This document shows positions 9,031 through 19,392 of a stretch of 64,000 nucleotides of DNA, piece after piece; position 1 is the first letter of the stretch, and every line of letters begins with the position of its first letter. A model generated the notes under the pieces. That model made no database searches. It had not been told where the DNA came from and worked only from the letters and a program-made list of their open reading frames with translations. Where the stretch lies: contig CAVQXP010000004.1 of assembly GCA_963717935.1 (NCBI GenBank), positions 2,074,986 through 2,138,985 on the forward strand, given 5' to 3'. The translations under genes were made by a program, and so were the position numbers. This stretch comes from Candidatus Eiseniibacteriota bacterium. Its GTDB lineage: Bacteria > Eisenbacteria > RBG-16-71-46.

Positions 9031-10845
9031 ATGCAGGACACGACCGACACGACCCTCAACCCCATTGCGGACGCACCGCAGCGGGCTCCGTCACCCCCAC
9101 GCATCCCGTTCAACGCCGACGACGAAGACGAGCTGGACGTCGAGCAGCGCGCCGAGATGTTCGGCCAGTACGAGGAGTCGCTCCGCTCCATCAGCGAGGG
9201 CGAGATCGTCCGCGGCACGGTGCTCGGCATCGACGAGAAGGAAGTCCTGGTGGACGTCGGCTTCAAGAGCGAGGGCGTCATCTCGCTCGCCGAGTTCACC
9301 GACCCCTCCAGCATCAAGGTGGGCGACATCCTCGAGGTCTTCCTCGAGAAGATGGAGAACCAGGACGGGCTCGTCGTGCTCTCCAAGCAGCGCGCCGACT
9401 TCGTGCGCGTCTGGGATCGCGTCAAGGAGGCCCACGACACCGGTCAGGTGGTGGAAGGGAAGCTGGTCCGCAAGATCAAGGGCGGAGTCGTCGTGGATCT
9501 CTACGGGGTGGAGGCCTTCCTGCCCGGCTCGCAGATCGCGCTGCGCCAGGTGCAGAACGTGGACGCCCTGCTGGGCCAGAACGTGCAGGTCAAGATCATC
9601 AAGCTGAACAAGCGGCGCCGGAACATCGTGGTGTCGCGCCGGGCCGTGCTCGAGGAGGAGCGCGACCGGATGAAGTCCACGATCCTCAAGGACCTCGCGA
9701 AGGACCAGATCCGCGAGGGCGTGGTCAAGAACATCACCGACTTCGGCGCCTTCGTCGACCTCGGCGGCATCGACGGCCTGCTTCACATCACCGACATGTC
9801 CTGGGGCCGCGTCTCGCACCCGTCGGAGATCTCGAAGATCGGCGACAAGGTGCGGGTCAAGGTGCTCAACTTCGACCCCGAGAAGGAGCGCATCTCGCTC
9901 GGCCTGAAGCAGCTCGAGCCCTACCCCTGGGAGGGCGTCGAGGAGAAGTACAAGGTCGGCGACCGCATCAACGGCAAGGTGGTCTCGATCACCGACTACG
10001 GCGCATTCATCGAGCTGGAGAAGGGCGTCGAGGGCCTCATCCACGTCTCCGAGATGTCCTGGACGCGGCACGTCCGGCACCCGTCCAAGGTCGTCAACAT
10101 CGGCGACATCATCGAGGCCGTGGTGCTCAAGGTGGACAAGGCCAACGAGAAGATCTCGCTCGGTCTCAAGCAGGTCGAGCCGGATCCCTGGCTGACGCTC
10201 GACGAGAAGTACCCGGCCGGCATGCGCGTACGCGGGAAGGTCCGCAACCTGACCAACTTCGGCGCGTTCGTCGAGCTGGAAGAGGGCATCGACGGGTTGG
10301 TGCACGTCTCGGACATGTCCTGGACCAAGCGCGTCGCGCACCCCAGCGAGGTGCTCAAGAAGGGTGACACGGTGGAGGTGGTGATCCTGTCCATCGACAA
10401 GGAGCACCGCCGCATCAGTCTCGGCCTGAAGCAGGTCAGCGACGATCCGTGGCCCTATCTTGCGGAGCGCTTCCCCTCGGGCATGGAGCTCGCGGGGGCG
10501 GTCAATCGCCTGTTCGACCGCGGCGCGATCGTGGACGTCGGCGAGGGCATCGAGGGCTTCGTGCCGCTCTCACAGCTCGGCATCGAGGATCTCAAGCGCC
10601 CCAACGACGCCTTCGAGGTGGGCGAGGAGTTCGCCATGAAGGTGACGCGCGTGGATGTCGCCAACCACCGCCTGATCCTCAGCGTGAAGGCCTGGCTCTC
10701 CGAGCAGGACGACATCGCCCTCGCCGAGTGGACCTCCAAGCGGAACTCCGTCCGCGCCAGGATCGCGGCGAACCCGCCGGAAGAGACCCCGGTGGACCCG
10801 AAGACGAAGGAGCGGGCCCCGGCCGAGCCGGAGGACGAGGAATAG
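9031..10845 (+). CDS. rpsA: 30S ribosomal protein S1
   Basis: Repeated S1 domains (DVGFKSEG, FGAFVDLGGIDGLLHITDMSW, RISLGLKQ); AAGGAGG upstream of ATG 9031. Confidence 0.98.
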   Translation: MQDTTDTTLNPIADAPQRAPSPPRIPFNADDEDELDVEQRAEMFGQYEESLRSISEGEIVRGTVLGIDEKEVLVDVGFKSEGVISLAEFTDPSSIKVGDILEVFLEKMENQDGLVVLSKQRADFVRVWDRVKEAHDTGQVVEGKLVRKIKGGVVVDLYGVEAFLPGSQIALRQVQNVDALLGQNVQVKIIKLNKRRRNIVVSRRAVLEEERDRMKSTILKDLAKDQIREGVVKNITDFGAFVDLGGIDGLLHITDMSWGRVSHPSEISKIGDKVRVKVLNFDPEKERISLGLKQLEPYPWEGVEEKYKVGDRINGKVVSITDYGAFIELEKGVEGLIHVSEMSWTRHVRHPSKVVNIGDIIEAVVLKVDKANEKISLGLKQVEPDPWLTLDEKYPAGMRVRGKVRNLTNFGAFVELEEGIDGLVHVSDMSWTKRVAHPSEVLKKGDTVEVVILSIDKEHRRISLGLKQVSDDPWPYLAERFPSGMELAGAVNRLFDRGAIVDVGEGIEGFVPLSQLGIEDLKRPNDAFEVGEEFAMKVTRVDVANHRLILSVKAWLSEQDDIALAEWTSKRNSVRARIAANPPEETPVDPKTKERAPAEPEDEE

Positions 10846-10883
10846 CGTCGGGCTCGCGCCTCGCGCGCAGGCGGACGGAACAC

Positions 10884-10922
10884 GAACCGGGCGGGGGCAC
10901 GCTCCCCGCCCGGTTCACTTTT
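10884..10922 (+). terminator. Rho-independent terminator after rpsA
   Basis: 13-bp stem GAACCGGGCGGGG / CCCCGCCCGGTTC followed by ACTTTT. Confidence 0.8.
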
Positions 10923-10950
10923 GCGGGCGGGCGCTCTATCCTCCCCACCC

Positions 10951-11877
10951 ATGTCGGCTCTCCACGTGTTCCTGCTCGCCTTCCTGGCGACCACGCCGTC
11001 GTCCTCGACCGTCCGGCAGGTGCTCGAGTCCTACCCGGCCGACAGCCTCCCCGCGCCCCTGGCCCGTCTCGAGGCCACCCATCGCGCCAGCGACGCCGCA
11101 GAGGCGGCGCTCACGCTCGGCCGCCTGCACTACGCGCGCGGCGAGTACCGCCAGGCGGCCGGGGACTTCGCCCGCGCCACCCCGCACTTCGACCCGGCCC
11201 GCCGTGGCGAGGCCCACTACTGGACGGGGCTCGCCTGGCTCGGCGCAGGGGAGATCGGCCAGGCGCGGGCGGCATTCCAGGAGGCGGCGCGGAAGGACTC
11301 CCCGCGGCGTCCGGAGGCCCAGCTCGGCGTGGCTCTCTGCTGGGAGGCCGCGCGCCGGCCCGAGCGCGCACTCGAGACGCTCCAGACCCTCCTCGCGGGC
11401 GAACCCGGCGAGGCCGGCCCGGCCGCGCTGGAGCGCGTCGTGGTCCTCGCCACCCGGCTCGAGCGGACCGAGCTCGCCCGACGCGCGCGCGAGCGGCTCG
11501 CGAAGGACTACCCGCGCAGCATCGAGGCGGTGCGGGCCCTGCGCCTGCCCGCGAACGCGGCCGGACGGGCTTCACGCCCCGCATCCCGCCCGCCGGCGCC
11601 TCCAGCAGCGCGCGTGGCGCCCCCGCCCGTGGCCGCGCAGGTGCCGCTGGCCGTCCGGATCGGCGTCTTCCGCGAGGAGGCACGCGCGCGCGAGCTCGCC
11701 GAGCGCGCCCGCCGCGAGGGATTCGGACCCGTGCGTGTCAGGGCCCTCACGGACGCGGGCGGCATGCTCTACGCGGTGCGCGTCGGCGTCTATGCCACCG
11801 CCGAGGATGCCCGCGGCGCCGGACAACGGCTGGGCCGCGCGCTGGGCGTCGCCTGGCGGGTGGTGCCCGCACCGTGA
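10951..11877 (+). CDS. Exported TPR + C-terminal SPOR-domain protein
   Basis: Hydrophobic N-terminus, TPR-like helices (LGRLHYARGEY..A; AHYWTGLAW), Pro/Ala linker, VRIGVF..A..L...YAVRVGVY SPOR pattern. Confidence 0.75.
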   Translation: MSALHVFLLAFLATTPSSSTVRQVLESYPADSLPAPLARLEATHRASDAAEAALTLGRLHYARGEYRQAAGDFARATPHFDPARRGEAHYWTGLAWLGAGEIGQARAAFQEAARKDSPRRPEAQLGVALCWEAARRPERALETLQTLLAGEPGEAGPAALERVVVLATRLERTELARRARERLAKDYPRSIEAVRALRLPANAAGRASRPASRPPAPPAARVAPPPVAAQVPLAVRIGVFREEARARELAERARREGFGPVRVRALTDAGGMLYAVRVGVYATAEDARGAGQRLGRALGVAWRVVPAP

Positions 11878-14493
11878 AGCCCCCGAAGAACGTCGGCCGC
11901 ACCCCGCTCATGGAGCAGTACCTGAGCGTCAAGCGGGAGCACCCCGACGCGTTCCTCTTCTTCCGCCTCGGCGACTTCTACGAGATGTTCTTCGACGACG
12001 CCGTCCGCGGAGCCGCGCTGCTCGGTCTCACGCTCACTTCACGCAACCGGCAGGATCCCGAGCCCATCCCGATGTGCGGCATCCCCTGGCACCAGCGCGA
12101 CGCCTACCTCGCACGCCTGCTGCGGCTGGGCCACAAGGTCGCCGTCTGCGACCAGCTCGAGGACGCGGCTCTGGCGAAGGGACTCGTCCGGCGCGGTGTC
12201 ACCGAGGTGCTGACGCCGGGCTCGGTCACGGGTGACGCCTTCCTCGAAGCGTCGGCGAACAATTTCCTGGCCGCCCTGTGGCCCGGGGCGGAGGCGCTGG
12301 GCGTGTGCCTGGCGGACGCCTCGACCGGCGAGGTCAAGCTGGCCGAGGCCCCGTGGGAGGACGCGGCGGGCTTCCTCTCCCGCCTGCACGTGGCCGAGTG
12401 GCTCATGCCCCAGGAGCGCGACCTCCAGGATGCGGCTGGCGACCGGCTCGAGGCCGCGCTGCGCGGGCTCCCGGGCACCCGCAGCACCGCGACCGCGCTG
12501 CGCTTCCTCGACCCCGGGCTGCCGCGCGCACGATGGGACACCGCCGGCTCGGCCCTGCTCGACGCGCTCCCCATCGCCGCGCTGGCCGCCGCGACCGCGC
12601 TCGACTACCTCGACCGCGTGCAGGGCGGCGCGGCGCTCCAGCTCACGCGCGTCGAGCGCTGGAGCGAGGAGGCCGTGCTGCGCTACGACGGTGCCACCGC
12701 GCGCCACCTCGAGTTGTTCCACGCGCAGCCCGGAGGCGACCCCGCCCACACCCTCTGGCGCCACCTGAACCTGTGCGTGAGTCCGCTCGGGACGCGCCTC
12801 CTGCGCGTCTGGCTCGAGCGCCCCCTCACGGACCTGGCAGCCATCACCGCCCGCCACGACGCGGTCGGGGCCTGGCTCGCGCCCGGCACCGCGCGAAGCG
12901 CGTTCCGCGAGCGGCTCAAGGGGCTCGCGGACCTCGAACGCCTGGCCGCCCGGCTCGCGTGCGCCAGGGCCACGCCGCGCGACCTGGGCGCCCTGCGCGA
13001 TGCCCTCGGCCGCCTTCCCGCGCTGGCGGCGGCTCTCGAGGACCTCCCCGGGCACGCGGCCGGCCACCGCCTCGCTCGCGGTCGACCCGACCCTCGAGCA
13101 GATGCTGCGGGAGGCGCTCGTGGACGACCCACCGCCCCTCTCACGCGAGGGCGGCATCATCCGCCCCGGCCACGACGAGCGCCGGGACGAACTCGACGCC
13201 CTGGCCCATTCGGGCAAGCGATGGATCGCCGAGCTCGAGACCTCGGAACGCGCGCGCACCGGGATCGGCAGCCTCAAGGTGGGCTTCAACCGCGTCTTCG
13301 GCTACTACCTCGAGGTCACCCGGTCGCACCTCGAGAAGGTGCCGCCGGACTACGAGCGGCGGCAGACGCTGACGACTGCCGAGCGCTTCGTGACCCCCGC
13401 CCTCAAGGCGCGCGAGTCGGAGGTCCTGGGCGCGGAGGAGAAGCTCAAGGCGCTCGAGCACGAGCTCTTCACTGCGCTGCGAGAGCGGGCAGCCGCCCAC
13501 GTCGCCGAAGTCCAGCGCACGGCCGCGACGCTCGCGCGCCACGACGCGGAAGCCGCGCTGGCCGAGGCGGCGGCCCGCTACGGCTGGGTCCGGCCCGCCG
13601 TCGACGACTCGGACCGCATCCAGCTCGTCGCGGCCCGCCACCCCGTCGTGGAGCGCGTGCTGGCGCGCGGCGAGTTCGTGCCCAACGACTGCGTGCTGGA
13701 CGGCTCGGCGCGGCAGATCCTGCTGCTCACCGGCCCCAACATGGGCGGCAAGAGCACCTACCTGCGCCAGGTCGCGCTCATCGTGCTGCTCGCCCAGAGC
13801 GGCTCCTTCGTGCCCGCCGCGAGCGCGGCTATCGGCCGCGTGGACCGGCTCTTCACGCGCGTGGGCGCGGCGGACCGGCTGGGCGCGGGGCAGAGCACCT
13901 TCATGGTCGAGATGAGCGAGACTGCCGACATCCTGCGGCTCGCCACGCCGCGCTCGCTCGTGCTGCTGGATGAGATCGGGCGCGGTACGGCCACCTATGA
14001 CGGACTGGCCCTGGCCTGGGCGGTGACGGAGCACCTGCACGCTGGCGACGGCCCGCGGCCACGCACGATCTTCGCGACCCACTACCACGAGCTCACGCAG
14101 CTCGCCGGGAGTCTGCCGCGGCTCGCGAACATCCAGGTGACCGTGGACGACTCCGGCGGGAGCGTGGTGTTCCTGCACGGCATCGCCGACGGGGCGGCCG
14201 ACCGTTCCTACGGCATCCACGTGGCGAAGCTGGCCGGGCTCCCGGAGACGGTCCTCTCCCGGGCACGCGAGGTGCTCGTGGAGCTCGAGAGCGAGCGGAC
14301 GGTCGAGCACCTGGAGCCTCCCGGGCGCCGCCGCGCGCGCGCGCCCCGGCCCCCCACGAACCAGCTGCCGCTGTTCGGCGCGGCACCGCACCCGGTGCTG
14401 GAGGACCTGGCGCGGCTCGAACTCGAGAAGCTCTCGCCCCTCGAGGCGCTCAACCGGATCGCGCAGTGGAAGCGGACGCTCGGGACGGGATGA
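11874..14493 (+). CDS. mutS: DNA mismatch repair protein MutS; +1 frameshift near 13060
   Basis: TPLMEQY, FRLGDFYEMF; after the shift TGPNMGGKSTYLRQ, STFMVEM, DEIGRGT, FATHYHELT, SYGIHVAKLAG. Confidence 0.95.
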
Positions 14494-14995
14494 CCGCGGT
14501 GCGCCGCCGGGGCGACACGCCCCCGGCCGCGCTGCGGGCCTTGCGCCACGCCTCGAGCCGCGCCCAGTGCCCGGGCCGCTCTGCCCGGATCCAGTCCTCG
14601 AACTCCGCGGGCGTGTCGAACCAGGCGCGGATGTCCGCGAGCGGCAGCCAGCGCTCGCAGGAGCGCGGGTCGTACTCCCGGCACATCACCGGATGCCGTC
14701 CATGGATGGCGCAGCGGTCGTCCGGGCCCAGTTGCGCGCACCGGGTCTCGAAGTGCAGTGACCAGCGCTCCGGCCGCTCCACGTAGAGCTGCACGCCGCG
14801 GTGGTGAAGGGCCCAGATCCACTGGTCGTACTCCCACGGAGTGCGCGGTGCGTCGATCTCGACCGTGATGTAGGTGCAGCACTTGACGCAACCGCGGCAC
14901 AGCGCCGCCGTCTCGGCACGCCGCAACGCGAGGGATGTTCGCGGGTCCTCCCCGGGAGCGGGGCTGCGGTCAGGGTGGTCGGGTCCTTTCTTCAT
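14450..14995 (-). CDS. YkgJ-family cysteine-cluster (putative Fe-S/Zn) protein
   Basis: CRGCVKCC...RCAQL..RCAIHGRHPVMCREY..C; overlaps the mutS 3' end convergently by 44 nt. Confidence 0.8.
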   Translation of the reverse strand: MKKGPDHPDRSPAPGEDPRTSLALRRAETAALCRGCVKCCTYITVEIDAPRTPWEYDQWIWALHHRGVQLYVERPERWSLHFETRCAQLGPDDRCAIHGRHPVMCREYDPRSCERWLPLADIRAWFDTPAEFEDWIRAERPGHWARLEAWRKARSAAGGVSPRRRTAVIPSRASASTARSG

Positions 14996-15089
14996 CGCGT
15001 CCGTGTATAGCGGAACCGCGCCCCGGAGCCAAGTGGACCGGCTCGTGGCCCACCGATTGCGGCGCCGGGCGCTCGTCCACGGGCGGCTA

Positions 15090-15164
15090 CCGCACGGCCT
15101 GCACACGCTGGGGGACGAGCAGAGGCACCATGCGCTCGTCCCCCAGCGTGTGCAGGCCGTGCGG
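15090..15164. repeat. Perfect 31-bp inverted repeat with 13-nt loop
   Basis: CCGCACGGCCTGCACACGCTGGGGGACGAGC (15090-15120) and its exact reverse complement (15134-15164). Confidence 0.95.
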
Positions 15165-15168
15165 CTTC

Positions 15169-15516
15169 TCAGTTTGCCCGCGAGAGGCCCTTCCAGACCA
15201 TCCCCACCAGGCTCAGCACGATGGAGGCGAGGATCGTCGTGCCGAAGCCACCGGGGATGGAGAACCCCCGCACGAGCCTCGCGGCCAGCCACAGCATCAG
15301 CGCGTTGAGCACCAGGAGGAAGAGCCCCAGCGTGAGGAGCGTGAGCGGGAGCGTCAGGAGGAAGAGAACGGGCTTGAGCAGCGTGTTCAGGAGGGCGAGC
15401 CAGAAGGCCGCCCAGAGTGCGGGCCCCCAGCCGGTCACGACGAACCCCGGGAGCACGCGCGTCAGCAGGAGCATGGCACCGGCCATCACGACGAAGTACA
15501 GCACCAGGCCGATCAT
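15169..15516 (-). CDS. 4-TM 'phage holin family' (YvlD-like) membrane protein
   Basis: LLNTLLKPVLFLLTLPLTLLTLGLFLLVLNALML..VRGFSI pattern; start overlaps the upstream stop. Confidence 0.85.
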   Translation of the reverse strand: MIGLVLYFVVMAGAMLLLTRVLPGFVVTGWGPALWAAFWLALLNTLLKPVLFLLTLPLTLLTLGLFLLVLNALMLWLAARLVRGFSIPGGFGTTILASIVLSLVGMVWKGLSRAN

Positions 15517-17372
15517 CAGCCCTCCAGCACCTCGAGACAGTTCTCGTAACGCCCGAACGAGGGCATCAGGTAGACGCCGCTCGAGCTGGAGCGGCAGCGC
15601 GCGAGCAGTTCCCGCGCCAGATCGACACCCGCCCGCTGCCCTTCGTTGCCCGCCGCGTGCAGCTTGGCGCGGATCCAGTCGGGCACCTGGATGCCGGGCA
15701 CCTCGTTGTGCAGGAACTCCGCGTGCCGGAAGGACTGAAGCGGCAGGATCCCGACCAGGATCGGGATGCCGGGGCTGCGCGCCCATGCGCTCGAGGAAGC
15801 GCTCCCAGGCCTCCAGCTCGTAGACCGGCTGGGTCATGACGAACTGGGCGCCGGCGTCGAGCTTCCGGCGGAAGCGGTCCAACTCGAGGTCGAGGTCCTC
15901 GGCGGTCGGGTTCACGCCGCAGCCCATGGCGAAGGAGGTGCTGGCGCCGATCGAGTTGCCCGCCAGGTCCGTGCCATGGTTCATCTGGTCCACGATGCGG
16001 ATGAGCCCCATCGAGTCGGTGTCGTAGACGGCGGTGGCGTTCGGGATAGTCGCCGAGGCTCGGCGGGTCGCCGGTGAGGCAGAGGATGTTGCGCAGACCC
16101 AGGGCGTGGCAGCCCAGCAGGTCGCTCTGCAGGCCCATCAGGTTCCGGTCACGGGTGGTGAAGTGCAGGATGATCTCGAGCGGCGGGCAACTGGGCGTGG
16201 ACCTCGTAGGCCAGCGCCAGCGCGCTCATGCGGATGCGGGCCATCGGCGAGTCGGCGATGTTGACCGCGTCGACGCCGCGCCGCGCCATGAGCTGCGCGC
16301 CCTCCAGCACCTTCTTCGTGGAGACGCCGCGCGGCGGGTCGATCTCGACGCTCACCAGGAACTTCTCGCCGCAGCTGCGCGAGGAACGGCGGCTCGGACC
16401 CGGCGGGCGCGGGCTCGACCGGCGCGGGCGCGCTCTTCGAGCACCCGCACCTCGGCCCCCGGCGCCAGCTTCTCGGCCGGCAGGCGCGAGGCGAGCCGCT
16501 CCCGCATGACGCGCACGTGCGCGGGCGTCGTGCCGCAGCAGCCGCCCACCAGGCGCACGCCCATCTCCAGCGCGCGGGCGGCGAACTCCGCGAAGTACTC
16601 GGGGCTCGCGAGGTACTGGAAGCGGCCGCCGTGCAGGTGCGGAAGCCCCGCGTTGGGCATGGCCGAGACCGGCAGGGCTCCGGCCGCCACCCTCATCATC
16701 TCCTCGAGCACCTCGAGCGTCGCCTGGGGGCCCACCCCGCAGTTCACGCCCACCACGTCCGCCCCGGCCTGCCTCAGCGCGGGCACCGCCAGCGCGGGAG
16801 CGTGTCCGTAGAGCGTCTTGCCGTCCACTCCGAACGTCATCTGCGCGATCACCGGCACGTCGATCGAGACCCTTCGCACCGCGCGCAGCGCCGCCAGGAT
16901 CTCGTTCAGGTCCTGGAACGTCTCGAGGATGAAGCAGTCCACGCCCGCCCTCGATCAGGCCCTCCGCGCTGGCCTGGAACCAGCGCTCCGCGTCGGCTAC
17001 CGCGATCTGTCCGAAGGGCAGGAGCGCCTTGCCGAGCGGCCCCATCGAGCCCGCCACGAACGCCGGCACGCCCGCGATCTCGCGCGCCGCACGGGCCACA
17101 CGGGCGCCCTGCCGGGCGATGACGCGCACTTCCTTCTCGAGTCCGTGGGCGAGCAGGCGCAGGTGGTTCGCGCCGAACGTGTTCGTCTCGATGAGCTCCG
17201 CGCCGGCGGCGAGATAGTCGCGATGGATCGACTCGACCAGGCCGGGGTTCGTGAGGTTGGCCTGGTCGAAGCAGTGGCCGAAGGGCACGCCGCGCTCGTA
17301 GAGCAGGGTGCCCATCGCGCCGTCGGCGAGGAGCGGCCCCTGGGCCAGTCGGTCGAGAAAGGGAGCACGCAT
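15516..17372 (-). CDS. Bifunctional homocysteine S-methyltransferase / 5,10-methylenetetrahydrofolate reductase (YitJ-type), broken by at least 5 frame changes
   Basis: Colinear pieces across frames: [88 protein letters not shown]. Confidence 0.9.
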
Positions 17373-17490
17373 GACGCGCAGCCTAAGTGGTGAGGTACGG
17401 GGTGGCAAGGGCGGCCCCGCGGGCGGACGTCTTCATCGTTTCGTCAATTCCCGCCCCGTCGGATTGGCCACCCCCGGAGCCTCTGATACA

Positions 17491-19392
17491 GTGCCCGGCC
17501 GTGCCACCAATCTCCTGCGACCGTTCCGCCCGTGGGCCCCACGCCGGGCCTCCGTGCTCGCGGGCCTGCTCGTCGCCATCCTGGGGGCGTCCGCGCTCCT
17601 GGTGCCGGCGCCCGGCGGTGCCGCGACGCCGCCGACCCTCGCGCCCGAGCAGCTCAGGCCGGGCGACCGCGCCGTGGTGCGCTCGGTCTTCCGCGGTGAC
17701 TCGATCGAGGAGTTCCCGGCCGAGATCGTGGGCGTGCTTTCCGGCGGGCGCATCGCCGGTCAGACCATCATCGCCCGCGCCACGTCGGAGCGCCTGAGAC
17801 GACTCGGCGTGGCCCAGGGGATGAGCGGTTCGCCGGTCTACGTGGACGGCCACCTGATCGGGGCGCTGGCCTCCTCCTGGCCCTTCGCGCGCGACCCTCT
17901 CTTCGGGATCACCCCGATCCGCGAGATGCTGAGGCTGTTCGAACAGCCCTCTTCCTCCACGACGGGGCCGGCGGGCGGACCTGCCGGGGTCGAGCTCACC
18001 GCGCTCCCGGACGACCTGCGCTTCGGCGAGTTCTACTGGGACGAGAGCGGCCCCAAGGAACCCGCGCCCACGCCCGGAATCGATGACGTCCGGCGCGGAT
18101 CCCCGGCGGGCGCACCGGTGTCGCTTCCCATCCCGCTCGCCTGCGGCGGCCTCGCGCCGGTCGCGCTCGACGCGGCGCAGCAGTGGCTCGCGCCACTCGG
18201 CTTCCGCGCCGTCCCGGGCGGCAGCACTCCCGACGGCGGCCCGGACGCCTCCAGTCTCGAACCGGGCTCCGCCGTGGCCGTGGACCTCATGCGCGGAGAC
18301 CTGCAGGTCTCCGCCATCGGCACGCTCACCTGGCGCGACGGGGCCCGCGTGCTGCTCTTCGGGCATCCCTTCTTCCATTCGGGCGACGTGCGGCTGCCGC
18401 TCTCGACCGCGCGCATCACCACCGTGGTCTCGAGCGACTACGTCTCCTTCAAGCTCGGTTCCCGCGGCCGCGAGGTGGGGGCCGTGACGCAGGACCGGCG
18501 GACCGGCTTGTCGGGCACGATCGGACCGCGCGTGCCGCTGCTGCCGCTGGCGGTCCGCGTCGAGGGCGCGCGTCCGGCGCCGCAGCACTTCCGAGTCGAG
18601 CTGGTCGAAGACCGCATCCTGGCGCCCCGACTGGCGGGGCTCGCGACGTTGAACAGCCTGCTCGAGTCGGGCGGCACCGGCCCGGGTCAGGCCCTGGCGT
18701 GGACGCTGACGCTCCATCGCCGCGACGCGCCCCCGCTGGTCCTGCAGGACGTGACCTCGGGCGAAACACCCACGGCCGAGGCGGCCAGCGCGATCAACGG
18801 ACCGCTGGCCTTCCTCTTCGGGAATCCCTTCGAGCGCCTGCGGCTCGACAGCATCGAAGTCGTGGTCCACCTCTCAGCGGGACGCCGATCGTGCGCGCTG
18901 CGCTCCGCGCGCCTGCTCGACGCGGCGGTCCGGCCCGGCGGCCGTGCTCGCATCGAGTGCCGCATCGAGCACTGGCGCGGTCCCACCGAGACCCGCCTGA
19001 TCGAGCTGCCAGTCGCGGCGGAGCTTCCGGACGGGCGCTATGCCCTCTGGGTGGGAGGGGGAGCGGAACTCTCGCGCCTCGAGGCCAAGCGCTTCCCTGC
19101 CCGCTACCGTCCCACGTCGCTCGACGACGCCTGGCGGCGTCTCGGGCGGCTGCGGCCCGCGGACGCGCTCTATGCCGTCATCCTGGCCAGCGCTCCCGAC
19201 GTCACCTCTGCGGGGCGGGACTACCCGGAGTTGCCCGCTTCCGCCGCGGCCGTGCTGTCCAGCGGGCTGGCGGCCGGCGATCTCGCCAACCGCGCCGAGG
19301 CGGCGCTGCTCGACGAAACGTCGCTCCCGCTCGGCGCTGCGACCCGGGGCGAGCTGCAGCTCGTCCTCACCGTGGATTCCAAGGCCCCATGA
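17491..19392 (+). CDS. Secreted SpoIVB-like peptidase S55 (start uncertain)
   Basis: GVAQGMSGSPVYVDGHLIGAL (catalytic Ser motif) and AIGTLTW..LLFGHPF; hydrophobic signal-like segment. Confidence 0.82.
   Translation: MPGRATNLLRPFRPWAPRRASVLAGLLVAILGASALLVPAPGGAATPPTLAPEQLRPGDRAVVRSVFRGDSIEEFPAEIVGVLSGGRIAGQTIIARATSERLRRLGVAQGMSGSPVYVDGHLIGALASSWPFARDPLFGITPIREMLRLFEQPSSSTTGPAGGPAGVELTALPDDLRFGEFYWDESGPKEPAPTPGIDDVRRGSPAGAPVSLPIPLACGGLAPVALDAAQQWLAPLGFRAVPGGSTPDGGPDASSLEPGSAVAVDLMRGDLQVSAIGTLTWRDGARVLLFGHPFFHSGDVRLPLSTARITTVVSSDYVSFKLGSRGREVGAVTQDRRTGLSGTIGPRVPLLPLAVRVEGARPAPQHFRVELVEDRILAPRLAGLATLNSLLESGGTGPGQALAWTLTLHRRDAPPLVLQDVTSGETPTAEAASAINGPLAFLFGNPFERLRLDSIEVVVHLSAGRRSCALRSARLLDAAVRPGGRARIECRIEHWRGPTETRLIELPVAAELPDGRYALWVGGGAELSRLEAKRFPARYRPTSLDDAWRRLGRLRPADALYAVILASAPDVTSAGRDYPELPASAAAVLSSGLAAGDLANRAEAALLDETSLPLGAATRGELQLVLTVDSKAP

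Noticed and set aside
15169..15516. Prophage implied by the 'phage holin family' gene
   Set aside because: YvlD-like 4-TM proteins are common chromosomal genes, and no other phage genes are nearby.
17373..17490. SAM riboswitch upstream of the YitJ-type gene
   Set aside because: Only a short ATCAGAG resemblance; the SAM-I core is not recognisable and the promoter appears to abut the start codon.
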